A stretch of 64,000 nucleotides of DNA, from positions 64,001 to 128,000 of the IMG/VR virus record IMGVR_UViG_3300005288_000001. One strand, given 5' to 3'. A program made the translations under genes and the position numbers. The notes under the pieces were generated by a model. It saw only the letters and a program-made list of their open reading frames with translations. It ran no database searches and was not told where the DNA came from. Of the stretch, positions 42,814 through 52,384 are shown one piece after another. The first letter of the stretch is position 1, and the number at the start of each line of letters is the position of its first letter. The stretch comes from a virus.

Positions 42814-42860
42814 GGTTTTTATCCTTTATAATTCTGGGCCGCTACAAAAGAGCGACACTT

Positions 42861-42868
42861 TATTTAGT
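42861..42868 (-). promoter_or_regulatory. late promoter variant ACTAAATA
   Basis: Intergenic, upstream of gene 18; the same box occurs at 38513 and 52386. Confidence 0.55.
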
Positions 42869-42885
42869 TTTCTTAGCTCTTCTGG

Positions 42886-44493
42886 TTAGAAGTTAAGTGG
42901 CATATCCTCTTCGCGTCCGTCCATAATGAATCCGAAAGGAGTCATATTGGCTTCAAGAGCTGCCATTTGTTGCTCATAAAGAGCTCTACGAATGTCCACG
43001 TTATTTAGGTCCTTGAAATAATCCTGTGTCGTCAACCAGGCAAATAGAACCATCGTCATAACGACGTCGTCGGTGTAACCATCGTCAGCAGCAAAACTTT
43101 CCTTCTTCTCAATGAAGGTAGAAATCTCACTAATAGCAACAGCATCCCAGAAAAGCAATTTACCTTCTTCAACAAGAGACTTGAAGTTGAAGCAACCGAT
43201 ACGCTTAACCTTCTTATCGGTATTCACACCCATAGCAAGAGCTCCGCCGGCAAAGCCTTGAGAGATTTCCTGACCACGCTGGGTGCGCTTAACAGTCATC
43301 ATATTTTCGTATTCAAGCTCATAGTGAAGAATGTGAGCTACCTGTTCGGACGAGTTCACTTCACACAGGACGTATGCCTTGTTGTATTCAGTGGCCACTC
43401 GGTGGATCATGGTTGGAAGCATCATTGGCGGCATACTGTTCGAACGGAAGCGGGCAACCATTCGATAAGGAACCTTGGTAATGTCCATCACACAGAACGC
43501 CGAATAGTCAGCGCCAAGACCCTTTGACACGTCAACGACCATACAGTAAACCGCATCGGCAACTCCATCACCATCATTCTTAATTGGGTTCTCGAAGATA
43601 TCGAGGCCGTCCTTTGAGAAGATAGGAGTCTTTGCTGACAGCTTACCAATCGTGTTTGAGTCGATAAGCGTCGCGCTAGAACCTAGCCAGTGGCACAGAA
43701 CTTCCTGGTTGAACTTGAGTTGACCCAGCTGCATCAGCTGTTCCTTCGCCCACTCTTCTGTACGATCTGGATGTTCCTTGTAGTGAGCTTCTACGCGAAC
43801 GTATTTGTTGCGACCTTCTTCGGAGTCATTCCAGAACTTCCAGAAGTGGTTAAAACCAAGTGGAGTTGAAGTTTGAATAATCTTCGAGTTCTTACCAGAT
43901 GAAATCGTTGGATACGTAGCAGCAAAGAACGAGTCAGCAACACCATTTTCAATAATAGCTGCTTCGTCGATGTACAGCATCGAAATAGACTTACCACGTG
44001 GTCCGGAAGCAGTAGTAGCACCGGTGTAAATCTTGGAGCCGTTTTCTAGTTCGATGTTACCCTTGTTCCAGGTCTTGATACCTTGCTGGAGCCAAGTTGG
44101 TAGATACTCGTAGGCAAACTGCACACGAGACAATACTTCACGAGCAGCCGCAGCCTTGTTGGCCAAAATACAAATTTCTTTCGAATCATTGAAGATGGCA
44201 TAGTGAATCAGGTAACAGGCAACGGTAATGGTCTTACCCATCTGACGGCCAATCTTACCGAGCACAAAACGGTTGTTGTGAATGGCTTCGACCAGACGTT
44301 CCTGATACGGATGCATGTCGAAAGGAACCGCACCACGGTCAAGCGAAACGATTGTGCAGTACGTCTTCATGAAGTAGATTGGATCTTGCTTACACTTGAT
44401 GTACTCCGACATTTGCTCGGCAGTGAATTGAATAGGAATACCAACTGGTTTAAGGTTGGCGTTCCCGTTATAGAACAGCTTAATTTTTGCCAT
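42886..44493 (-). CDS. 17: large terminase gp17
   Basis: GRQMGKT, ILANK, YIDEAA, TSTP, VDVSKG, DDVVM. Confidence 0.96.
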   Translation of the reverse strand: MAKIKLFYNGNANLKPVGIPIQFTAEQMSEYIKCKQDPIYFMKTYCTIVSLDRGAVPFDMHPYQERLVEAIHNNRFVLGKIGRQMGKTITVACYLIHYAIFNDSKEICILANKAAAAREVLSRVQFAYEYLPTWLQQGIKTWNKGNIELENGSKIYTGATTASGPRGKSISMLYIDEAAIIENGVADSFFAATYPTISSGKNSKIIQTSTPLGFNHFWKFWNDSEEGRNKYVRVEAHYKEHPDRTEEWAKEQLMQLGQLKFNQEVLCHWLGSSATLIDSNTIGKLSAKTPIFSKDGLDIFENPIKNDGDGVADAVYCMVVDVSKGLGADYSAFCVMDITKVPYRMVARFRSNSMPPMMLPTMIHRVATEYNKAYVLCEVNSSEQVAHILHYELEYENMMTVKRTQRGQEISQGFAGGALAMGVNTDKKVKRIGCFNFKSLVEEGKLLFWDAVAISEISTFIEKKESFAADDGYTDDVVMTMVLFAWLTTQDYFKDLNNVDIRRALYEQQMAALEANMTPFGFIMDGREEDMPLNF

Positions 44494-45224
44494 TAGAAGT
44501 CATAGAGCCATTGCTCTGTAATTGGTTCGGTCGGAATCGTACCATCAGCCTTATAAGTGCCGAAGCCATCATGAACATTGACCGTAACATGTTTGATGAT
44601 CTTTCCGTTGGTAACTGGCCCGTAGAAGTTCGTCTTCATCGTGAAATTCAGAGTATGAATGACGACGCGTTGGTTCTTTTCATAGGACCCGTCGTAATTG
44701 TCTTCTGCCGGAACGGCACTGTTGAGAACAACTGGAACGGATTGAACGATATTCAGCTCGGGTACAATAGATAGGCTGAGGGAATAGGCAGGACCGAAGT
44801 ATGGTAGAATCTGCTCCAAAATCTGAAGCGCGTCCTCTTGGCCCTTGGTAACGATGTAAAGACTGATACCGATGTTCCATGGCACAGGTGCGAAGACTTG
44901 CTTGCGGCCAGGATCAGTTGGTGTTGGACTGTTACAGATGATTGTATTGGTTGAATTCATCTTACGACTTTCGTCATAAGTGTATCCTGTAATCTCGAAG
45001 GCCATACGCGGCAACGAAACCTTAACGTGTTTGTCCAGACTTGGGTCCGAATCAACACGACGCAGCAACTTATCCTTGTTTGAATATGCGATAGGAACTG
45101 CGATGGTTTGTTCGACCGAGCCATCAAGGGCTTGTCGTTGCACAACTACATCACTGAATAGTCGCGCGAAGGCGATAATAGTGTTCTTGGTTGTGCTGTG
45201 GTAGAAAGGGTTTCCAGCAAACAT
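44493..45224 (-). CDS. 15: tail sheath stabilizer / terminator gp15
   Basis: FYH, VPIAY, LPRMAFEI, QILEQILPYF. Confidence 0.92.
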   Translation of the reverse strand: MFAGNPFYHSTTKNTIIAFARLFSDVVVQRQALDGSVEQTIAVPIAYSNKDKLLRRVDSDPSLDKHVKVSLPRMAFEITGYTYDESRKMNSTNTIICNSPTPTDPGRKQVFAPVPWNIGISLYIVTKGQEDALQILEQILPYFGPAYSLSLSIVPELNIVQSVPVVLNSAVPAEDNYDGSYEKNQRVVIHTLNFTMKTNFYGPVTNGKIIKHVTVNVHDGFGTYKADGTIPTEPITEQWLYDF

Positions 45225-45877
45225 TAAGGAAGATCTCCGAATGGATTGTCAGTCGGGAAGCCAACGTTGGGCCACTCGTCACGAGCTTTTTCATTATCGC
45301 CGTATGAATCAGGGACGTCGATATTAGGTTGTTTCGTAGTGTCAAAGGTTCGCATAGATTCGAACACGTCGATTTCAGGCTTACCTGTTTCGATACGTTC
45401 CGACGAGTACGTGTATGTTTCGACCGTAAGAGTGTACGTGTATAGCTTTGCCAATTGGTAAAACTGTTCTTGGTGCTTGACGAATGTGACAACGAATAGG
45501 CCACCAGTCAGTGGGAAGTAAATCAGATCACCTTCGGCCGGACGGTTGGGAAGTTGATTGCCGGGAAAACGACCAATCAGTTGGTCCCAACGGCGACGGG
45601 CAACGGTCAGGTATGCGCTCTGGTCCATCGTGTGGCCGAACGTCTTGACGAATGCACCCTGGCCATCGAAGCCCATTGGAGTCTCAAGATACATTTCAAT
45701 TGAATATGCATCCTTGAACTTTGAGAGACGGTCTTCTCCTAGAAACTCATCCTTGGCAACTAGCACGCGAGGGATGTAATAGAAGTTTTGTCCCTTTGCC
45801 TGGATGGCTTCAATGATAAGGTCTTCCAGAAGACCCTGCTCATTCGTAGAACCAACATTGAAATAAGGATTGATCAT
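45224..45877 (-). CDS. 14: neck protein gp14
   Basis: NPYF, LIIEAIQ, YIPR, RPAEGDLIYFP, FYQL, NPFG. Confidence 0.93.
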   Translation of the reverse strand: MINPYFNVGSTNEQGLLEDLIIEAIQAKGQNFYYIPRVLVAKDEFLGEDRLSKFKDAYSIEMYLETPMGFDGQGAFVKTFGHTMDQSAYLTVARRRWDQLIGRFPGNQLPNRPAEGDLIYFPLTGGLFVVTFVKHQEQFYQLAKLYTYTLTVETYTYSSERIETGKPEIDVFESMRTFDTTKQPNIDVPDSYGDNEKARDEWPNVGFPTDNPFGDLP

Positions 45878-45878
45878 G

Positions 45879-46829
45879 TTATCCCATGAAGAACGATAGT
45901 GGCGCCGACTTGGTTAGCAGGTCAGTTTCGAGAGCCTTGATATCCAACATAGCTTCTTGGAAGATGGTGTTGCCGTCAACCTTGATACCACCTGGAAGAG
46001 TCATACCACTATACTTCTTCAGGTTAATTCCCCACTGGCGCTTGATTAGGGCAGTTGTATATTGGCGAACCCAAGGTTCAGTCCAAACCTTGCTGAAGGC
46101 TTGAGGATCGATAGCACGGTATCCTTCAACGACAATAACCTGTCCGGTTGAGAGCTTCCCGCGCCAGTTCACATCAAGACGCAGCTGTCCCATCATACGG
46201 TTGAACTCGAAATCTGGAGCTGCATTCAACGTGAAGTTGAGCAAGTCCAGATGGCTCATGGCCATTGTGTAGTATGTAAGGTCCGTAGACGTCAGATTGC
46301 GGATATCATTCAGCATCAATTGGTATTGGACGTCAAAGATATATGCACTAGAACTTGTAGGTTGGGTGAAAGGAATAACACGAGTCACACCGAAAACCGC
46401 GTCTGGAATACGAATCCAGTGGTTTTCTGTATCGCCGGCAGTATAGAAAATTCCAGAGCTGAGAGTTGCTACGTTGCCAGCAGCATCAGTAATGTTTTCG
46501 CCTGCCAGGAATTCACCTACAACGTTACGGATATTGAGAACTGTTGGATCAATAGATGGTTGTGTCTTAGCCTTGGCGCCCGATGTGGTTCCAACAATAT
46601 CAATCTCGTTAGGGAAGGCAGTTGCATTATTCGTCGTAATGTTCAGCTGCGAGCAGGTAATCTTGTGCTGCAGATAAATCTTCTCGGCACCTTCATAGTG
46701 GTAGAGGTTGAAATACGACAGGGCTTCGTCGATACGATCCTGCAGTTGTTCTTCGGCAACGTTGATTTCAACCACGGGTGCGCCAAGAGCGCGAAGGCAA
46801 TACTGCTTTAGATGTTCTCTTGTCGACAT
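45879..46829 (-). CDS. 13: neck protein gp13
   Basis: YCLRALGAPVVEINV, YTTALIKRQWG.NL.KY, LPGG. Confidence 0.93.
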   Translation of the reverse strand: MSTREHLKQYCLRALGAPVVEINVAEEQLQDRIDEALSYFNLYHYEGAEKIYLQHKITCSQLNITTNNATAFPNEIDIVGTTSGAKAKTQPSIDPTVLNIRNVVGEFLAGENITDAAGNVATLSSGIFYTAGDTENHWIRIPDAVFGVTRVIPFTQPTSSSAYIFDVQYQLMLNDIRNLTSTDLTYYTMAMSHLDLLNFTLNAAPDFEFNRMMGQLRLDVNWRGKLSTGQVIVVEGYRAIDPQAFSKVWTEPWVRQYTTALIKRQWGINLKKYSGMTLPGGIKVDGNTIFQEAMLDIKALETDLLTKSAPLSFFMG

Positions 46830-48400
46830 TACTTCACCACAATTCTTTTAATTTTATCCTTCAAGGTCACAAACGATTTCGAGACCTTGTCCATAACAAC
46901 GTTCTTAGATTCAGGGATAGCACCCGGAATATTAGCAACAGATTTGTTCATTTGTTCCGATACAGTATTGGTATTCTTACGCAAGACGACACGAACATTG
47001 TAACGCTTAGTGATCCGTTGAACGAACGAGAGGACGTTGGTTATCACGTTCGCATCTAGCGCCACATAGAAGAGGCGGCTGAGTCTACTATTTAGGGTCT
47101 TCGTCGCCTTAAAGACTTTTGATACGAGTCTACTCTTGGTTGCAGTAGCATGGATCGAAGTCATGAATACTTTCGCGCGCAACGAATTACGCACGGCGGT
47201 AATCAGTGTAGACTTAGAAATCAGCACCCCAACCATACGAATCATCTTCGGTGACAGACCAAGGTTTGCCTTGAGTGACTTGAAGAATCCCTTTGTAACT
47301 AAAGTATTAGCTAGGAGGCTTTTTGAAATGGTTTTGCCAACACGACGAATCAAGATAACGTTGGTGGCCACGGCCTTAGTAATCTTCTTACCAATCAGAC
47401 GTGACATCAGATTAGAAACCTGAAGGGTCTTGCTGATTCGTTTGAAGACTAGACGTTGACGAAGCGCAAAGGCGTTCACAGTTGTAGTGTGGAACGATAG
47501 CAGCTTACGCGAAAGAGCGGACGTTTCGTTGACAACGAGGCTTCCGGACAAGACAAGAAGCATACGACGAAGTGGCGTTGCAGTTCCCGTAGCGACCAGG
47601 CTCTTGTTGATGATATGGAATACTCTACGGATACGCGTCGTCACAGCCGTGAGACTAACAGATCGAATCTTGTAGATTCGACGAAGCATACTCGATGACG
47701 ATGAGACATTCGCCATAAGCATCATCGCCTTCAGGCTTGCGTACGAGTATGAGGCAAAGGTTGTAAGACCAGCACTTAGAGACTTGGTCAGTGTACGAAA
47801 CGCGGTGCCCACCAACGAATTAGATGTGGTATGATTGCTTCCGACACGACGGATACGAGTGGCCGAAACCAATTTGACCACGTTGATGATCTGAGTCGTT
47901 GAGCGAATACGGGTTGCGTTGATTAGCTTGGCTACGCTTAGATTCTTAGTGAGATTGCGAATTTGAGTTGCGCTAATAACTTTCGCGACGCTACGAATCT
48001 TATACACTGCGCGAGCGCGTGTAGCAGTTGCCAGCTTGGATGTGCTGAAATTCTTACCAATCACCGGAGTACGAGTGGCCGATATTACCTTGCTCAGACT
48101 GATAATCTGTGTCGTAGAACGAATTCGTGAAGGTGTTATCACCTTCGATAGATTGAAAATCTGGGTGACCGAACGATTACGTGTTGCGGTGATTGCCTTC
48201 GTTGCTGTTTCAATCTTCGATACACTATTGAGACGAGACTTGAGTGTTGTAAGAGATGCCAGGAAACTCTTCAAGATGGAACGTGAACGGCTAGCAGCCA
48301 CAGAACTGCTAGCGGTCAGAGTCATCGTGGTTGAGTTTGATCCTGCCGCGCGCAACTCCGCGGATATAGGCTGCGCACCGAGAATCAATCTTCCGTACAT
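46829..48400 (-). CDS. very basic 18-residue-repeat protein, probably structural (fibre core)
   Basis: 523-aa ORF tightly coupled on both sides; periodic K-V-I-x-A-T-R-x-R repeats; about 8 acidic residues. Confidence 0.7.
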   Translation of the reverse strand: MYGRLILGAQPISAELRAAGSNSTTMTLTASSSVAASRSRSILKSFLASLTTLKSRLNSVSKIETATKAITATRNRSVTQIFNLSKVITPSRIRSTTQIISLSKVISATRTPVIGKNFSTSKLATATRARAVYKIRSVAKVISATQIRNLTKNLSVAKLINATRIRSTTQIINVVKLVSATRIRRVGSNHTTSNSLVGTAFRTLTKSLSAGLTTFASYSYASLKAMMLMANVSSSSSMLRRIYKIRSVSLTAVTTRIRRVFHIINKSLVATGTATPLRRMLLVLSGSLVVNETSALSRKLLSFHTTTVNAFALRQRLVFKRISKTLQVSNLMSRLIGKKITKAVATNVILIRRVGKTISKSLLANTLVTKGFFKSLKANLGLSPKMIRMVGVLISKSTLITAVRNSLRAKVFMTSIHATATKSRLVSKVFKATKTLNSRLSRLFYVALDANVITNVLSFVQRITKRYNVRVVLRKNTNTVSEQMNKSVANIPGAIPESKNVVMDKVSKSFVTLKDKIKRIVVK

Positions 48401-48401
48401 A

Positions 48402-51400
48402 TTACGTCAGTCGTTCGACTGTGAAGAATATTTGGTAGCGAGCGGTTCCAATAGTTCCCGTTACAGTTGTTGTGTACTGAGCAGTACCAATTGCCATACG
48501 AGCAATAATAGAACCTTGCGTGTAGTTCGCTGCCGCCATAGAGATAGAAGGAATGACCACGCTTCGTAGTTGACCAGCGGCATCATTGAAGAAGATAGTC
48601 GACGCCACCGTTGCCGTGCCGCTGGATACTTCCGTTGCCAGATAGTAGGTGATACGATAATCGCCTTCAGCCCATGCCGTGAACAAGTTCGTAGCACCGA
48701 TAGAAGTAGATTGGGTCTTCAGAGCCTTCTTAGCCTTGATTGCTGGAATGCACGAAATCAGGTTATCAATAGTCGTTGGCCATACAGCGTTGTTCGTTTC
48801 AACCACACCATGGACCAGATTAGGACGCGCGCCTGAACCCGGAGTCGAGATATTTGCCCAGCTGGTGAACAAAGCTCCAGTATCAACACCGTAGAATGCA
48901 TTACTTGCTGGCCATACGTTGTTGATCGTATAGTCAAGAGCCACACATGTCGCGCTGCCGTTACCGCCAAAGAAGTGAACGTTATGGAACTGGTTACTAT
49001 CACAAGATGCTAGATAGATACCATAGACCACGTTTGAGCCAGTCGCAAAGGTAACAACCACGTTCGTGAAGTGGCAGTAGTCCGTGTTGCTGTTGAGCAA
49101 TCCTGTGCAGTGGATACCGATAGCACCAGTAACGTTTGGCACTTCGATGCTGATATTGTCGAAACGATTATGCAGACTGTCTACGTTATCCACACCAGAC
49201 ACAGTGTTAGCAACTGTGGTTGACAGGATAGAATACTTGCATCCCTTGAAGGACAGGTCTTGGCAAGAACCGAAAGCAGCTGACACCACATGCAAACCAG
49301 CAGAGGCAACACCACTTCCTTCAAATTCGATACGGTCAACACCCCATCCAACGAGTGGACCGGCAAGCTTGATCATAACCAAGACAGAAGCGCTCGCCCA
49401 TACCAGCTTCGTAGTGGCAGTTGTAGCCATACCAGCCAGTGCGTATTGCGGACGTGGAACACCTTCACCAACCAAACGAACGCCACGAATGGTAGACGCG
49501 GCCGAGCTGGTTCCATCACCGATCGTAATGCTGGTCGATAGACGATACGTTCCCTTAGGAAGATAAACTTCACCACCAGATGTACCAAGATAGTTGATGG
49601 CAGCCTGGATAGCGCAACCGTCAATTTCTTCAGTCAGGGCAGCAGCGAATGGATATACCACTTGAGCCGCAGCCAGGGTAGCATATTGCGCTGATAGTGG
49701 GTGAGTCGTCCCATCACCGTAGGCACCAAAGTCCTTAACGTTGATACGATTATTCAGGTCGTTAATGTAACGTGAACTGTTAGACTTCTGTACCTTGACC
49801 CCAGTGTGACCTGACGAATCAATCTGATAGAACGTGTTCGATGATGGGCGACCACCTGAATCTTGCTCGTTTACAGCGTGACGCATCTTTCCGTTACCGG
49901 CCCAAGACTGTAGATTCGACACCTTGTTGTTAACGGTTCCCGAACCATAGAACAGAACCGCAGCGCCTTCTGTTTCGTCTAGCGAGTTTGGATTGGTGAT
50001 CGAAAGACCATCTACAGTGTTGAACTGGCAGTTGTCGGCAATAGCAAATCCAGACTTAGCGGGCGAATTGATCTGCCCACCAATTATCTTGTTGAAGTTA
50101 GAAAATGTACCAAGGCTCAGACCTGATACATTATTGTCGCCCCAGATAGACATACCAAAGTCTGTAGATGCCCAAGTGGCATTACCTGTCCAGAAGATAG
50201 ATGGATTGACAATATCGCAGTTGTTGCAATTCAGCAGATTGATACCTTCCAGCTTGGTGTCCCAAGTGCGGTGGTTAATAATCTTACCACGACCCACATT
50301 GTACATCTGTGCACCCATCTGTGTACAGTTAAATGTCGTACAATCGATGATAGCATGGTCGCTTCCGCTAACGTTTTGGATACCGTGCGAAGTGTATACA
50401 TTAGACACGACACAGTTACGTGTGTGGATATTGCTGCCACCCGAATGATAGATGCCGATCTGTTGAGCTTCGTTTACTGTGATTCGTTCGAAATCGCATT
50501 GGCTAGAAGCTGATGTGTTGATACCGAAGGCTGCAGATGCTGAGATCAGAATATCCGATGCCTTAATCTGAGCACTTGAATCTACGAAGATACAACTCGC
50601 AGCTGTGAAAGTAGCACGTTCAGCGTACAGCTGGAAGTTGCTCAAATTCACATTGGTCTTGCTGCTAATCAAGAACCACTTGTTGCCTGTAATCGTTGAT
50701 CCAAACGGAATGAAAACGGTATTCATTCCCGACCCACGGAAGTTCATATTCGAACCAAATGTAATCTGGTCCGTATAGTAAAGTCCGCCTGGTACAAAGA
50801 TGCCACCACGCCCATAAGTCGCCATCGCATTGATAGCGTCTTGAATGTTGGTCTGTAGATTCGATGTTTCAGTCTGAGCTGAAATTGTAGAATGCTTAGC
50901 AGGTGGAATAAAACGGAACAAGGAAACTTCATCACCGTTCGCCATATCAGACAGCGTCTTAACATACGCTGGTGCGACTGGGTCCGCGTGGGGAACCATT
51001 GTCGACGTGATACCAGCAACCGTTCCGGTGAATGTTGGTGAAGCTAGAGTAGCATAACCTTGCGCCTTGACGTAAGCGGTCGTGGCAATTTGAGTCGTGT
51101 TGGTACCAGTGGATGCTGTTGGAGCTGTTGGAGTACCAGTCAGGGCAGGGGATGCTAGAGTAGCATAAGCCTGTGCCTTGACATATGCAGTGGTCGCAAT
51201 CTGAGTCGTGTTGGTACCAGTGGATGCTGTTGGAGCTAGTGGCGTACCAGTTAGAGATGGAGATGCAAGTGGCGCATAAGCCTGTCCAATAACAAACGCA
51301 GTTGTGGCGATTTGTGTGGTGTTGGTGTTGGCAGCTGCGGTTGTTGAAGTTGGTGTGCCAGTAAGAGCGGGCGATGCAAGAGTTGCATACGCTTGAGCCT

Positions 51401-51824
51401 TAACATAGGCAGTTGTAGCGATCTGGGTTGTGTTGGTAGCAGTAGCAGCTGTAGGAGCGGCAGGCGTACCAGTGAAGGTTGGTGAAGCTAGGTTGGCCTT
51501 ACCGACGATCGTAGATGCATCCAACGTGATTGCGATGCGTCGTGTTCCAGCGGCCCACGAAACAGCGGCGTTTGCATTTGAACTACGGATGATTGCGGTA
51601 CGAGCCAGGATACCACCTGTGCCCCAGGTACCAGTTCCAATTTCCCAGCTACCACTAGGGATTCCGGAAACGTTGACATCTTCTGCATAGTAGATGCAGG
51701 TGTCGCCGTTCGCGCACTGAGACGCGAACGTGGTGAATCCAGAAATAGTGCCAGCTAGAGTATATGAACCAGTTCCCGTAGTAGTGCTGGTTTCCAGCAC
51801 TCGATCTGCGGTAATAAAGGCCAT
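48402..51824 (-). CDS. fibre/tailspike with two pectate-lyase-like beta-helix regions
   Basis: N-terminal ADRVLETSTTTGTG, 37-aa stalk repeats, IQDAIN..GGIFVPGGLY and INVKDFGA.GDG..AIQAAIN..VYLPKGTY. Confidence 0.8.
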   Translation of the reverse strand: MAFITADRVLETSTTTGTGSYTLAGTISGFTTFASQCANGDTCIYYAEDVNVSGIPSGSWEIGTGTWGTGGILARTAIIRSSNANAAVSWAAGTRRIAITLDASTIVGKANLASPTFTGTPAAPTAATATNTTQIATTAYVKAQAYATLASPALTGTPTSTTAAANTNTTQIATTAFVIGQAYAPLASPSLTGTPLAPTASTGTNTTQIATTAYVKAQAYATLASPALTGTPTAPTASTGTNTTQIATTAYVKAQGYATLASPTFTGTVAGITSTMVPHADPVAPAYVKTLSDMANGDEVSLFRFIPPAKHSTISAQTETSNLQTNIQDAINAMATYGRGGIFVPGGLYYTDQITFGSNMNFRGSGMNTVFIPFGSTITGNKWFLISSKTNVNLSNFQLYAERATFTAASCIFVDSSAQIKASDILISASAAFGINTSASSQCDFERITVNEAQQIGIYHSGGSNIHTRNCVVSNVYTSHGIQNVSGSDHAIIDCTTFNCTQMGAQMYNVGRGKIINHRTWDTKLEGINLLNCNNCDIVNPSIFWTGNATWASTDFGMSIWGDNNVSGLSLGTFSNFNKIIGGQINSPAKSGFAIADNCQFNTVDGLSITNPNSLDETEGAAVLFYGSGTVNNKVSNLQSWAGNGKMRHAVNEQDSGGRPSSNTFYQIDSSGHTGVKVQKSNSSRYINDLNNRINVKDFGAYGDGTTHPLSAQYATLAAAQVVYPFAAALTEEIDGCAIQAAINYLGTSGGEVYLPKGTYRLSTSITIGDGTSSAASTIRGVRLVGEGVPRPQYALAGMATTATTKLVWASASVLVMIKLAGPLVGWGVDRIEFEGSGVASAGLHVVSAAFGSCQDLSFKGCKYSILSTTVANTVSGVDNVDSLHNRFDNISIEVPNVTGAIGIHCTGLLNSNTDYCHFTNVVVTFATGSNVVYGIYLASCDSNQFHNVHFFGGNGSATCVALDYTINNVWPASNAFYGVDTGALFTSWANISTPGSGARPNLVHGVVETNNAVWPTTIDNLISCIPAIKAKKALKTQSTSIGATNLFTAWAEGDYRITYYLATEVSSGTATVASTIFFNDAAGQLRSVVIPSISMAAANYTQGSIIARMAIGTAQYTTTVTGTIGTARYQIFFTVERLT
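51021..51491 (-). repeat. about 4.2 copies of a 111-bp (37-aa) coding repeat LASPxxTGTPxAPTAxxxTNTTQIATTAYVKAQAYAT
   Basis: Directly visible in protein and DNA. Confidence 0.9.
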
Positions 51825-51828
51825 ATTC

Positions 51829-52206
51829 TTATGTCAGTTGGGTCTTCAACGTGAATTGAATTGATTCACCGATGTCAAGAGCGATACCAGTAAAGTCAGC
51901 CCACAGGAACAGATTACCAGAAGTAGAAGCATCAAACAGACCAACTTCGGAGATGGTCTTACCAGCTCCAGCGACGGTCAGAGTTCCTACGACTTGATAT
52001 GTGTCGTTAGTGGTCGTGGTTGTTACGAGCGAGCTCGTACCTGCAACACGTGCTTCTGCAGCAGCGGTTGATAGTGCAGTTCCGGTAATAACAGCGCCAG
52101 TACCAGTTCCCCAAGCAACGTAATTTGGCTCAGTAGCACCAGTTGCACCATTCTTTAGACGATTGTTGTAAACACCCTTGCCGATGTTCGTGATGACGGT
52201 TGCCAT
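51829..52206 (-). CDS. small fibre subunit (tail-collar-fibre-like, ISEVGLF motif)
   Basis: VITNIGK, YVAWGTG, ISEVGLFD, SIQFT. Confidence 0.65.
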   Translation of the reverse strand: MATVITNIGKGVYNNRLKNGATGATEPNYVAWGTGTGAVITGTALSTAAAEARVAGTSSLVTTTTTNDTYQVVGTLTVAGAGKTISEVGLFDASTSGNLFLWADFTGIALDIGESIQFTLKTQLT

Positions 52207-52370
52207 TATTTTCTCCAGTTTTTAAGTTTTTGTTTAAGAAAATGTAATCCGCGCATAAGAGGATTCTTATGGTAGTAGGCCACAACACCGAGAGGAACTT
52301 TTGTACCATCGGCGCGAATAATTGTCGCCTCGATGGTCACTTCCTTAAATTTCTGTTCGCCGAGAAACAT
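52206..52370 (-). CDS. 54-aa protein MFLGEQKFKEVTIEATIIRADGTKVPLGVVAYYHKNPL..., not in ORF track
   Basis: Read manually; TAATG coupling to the 125-aa gene; ACTAAATA box at 52386-52393. Confidence 0.7.
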   Translation of the reverse strand: MFLGEQKFKEVTIEATIIRADGTKVPLGVVAYYHKNPLMRGLHFLKQKLKNWRK

Positions 52371-52384
52371 ACATTCACTTTCTA

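Noticed and set aside
4428-44493. Introns, inteins or homing endonucleases in or near genes 41, 43, 46, uvsW, 17 and 20
   Set aside because: All have normal lengths and continuous motifs; no HNH, GIY-YIG or LAGLIDADG ORF was seen.
51021-51491. 111-bp repeats as a CRISPR array or DGR template/variable repeat pair
   Set aside because: They are in-frame coding repeats without unique spacers; differences are not adenine-specific and no reverse transcriptase is present in the window.
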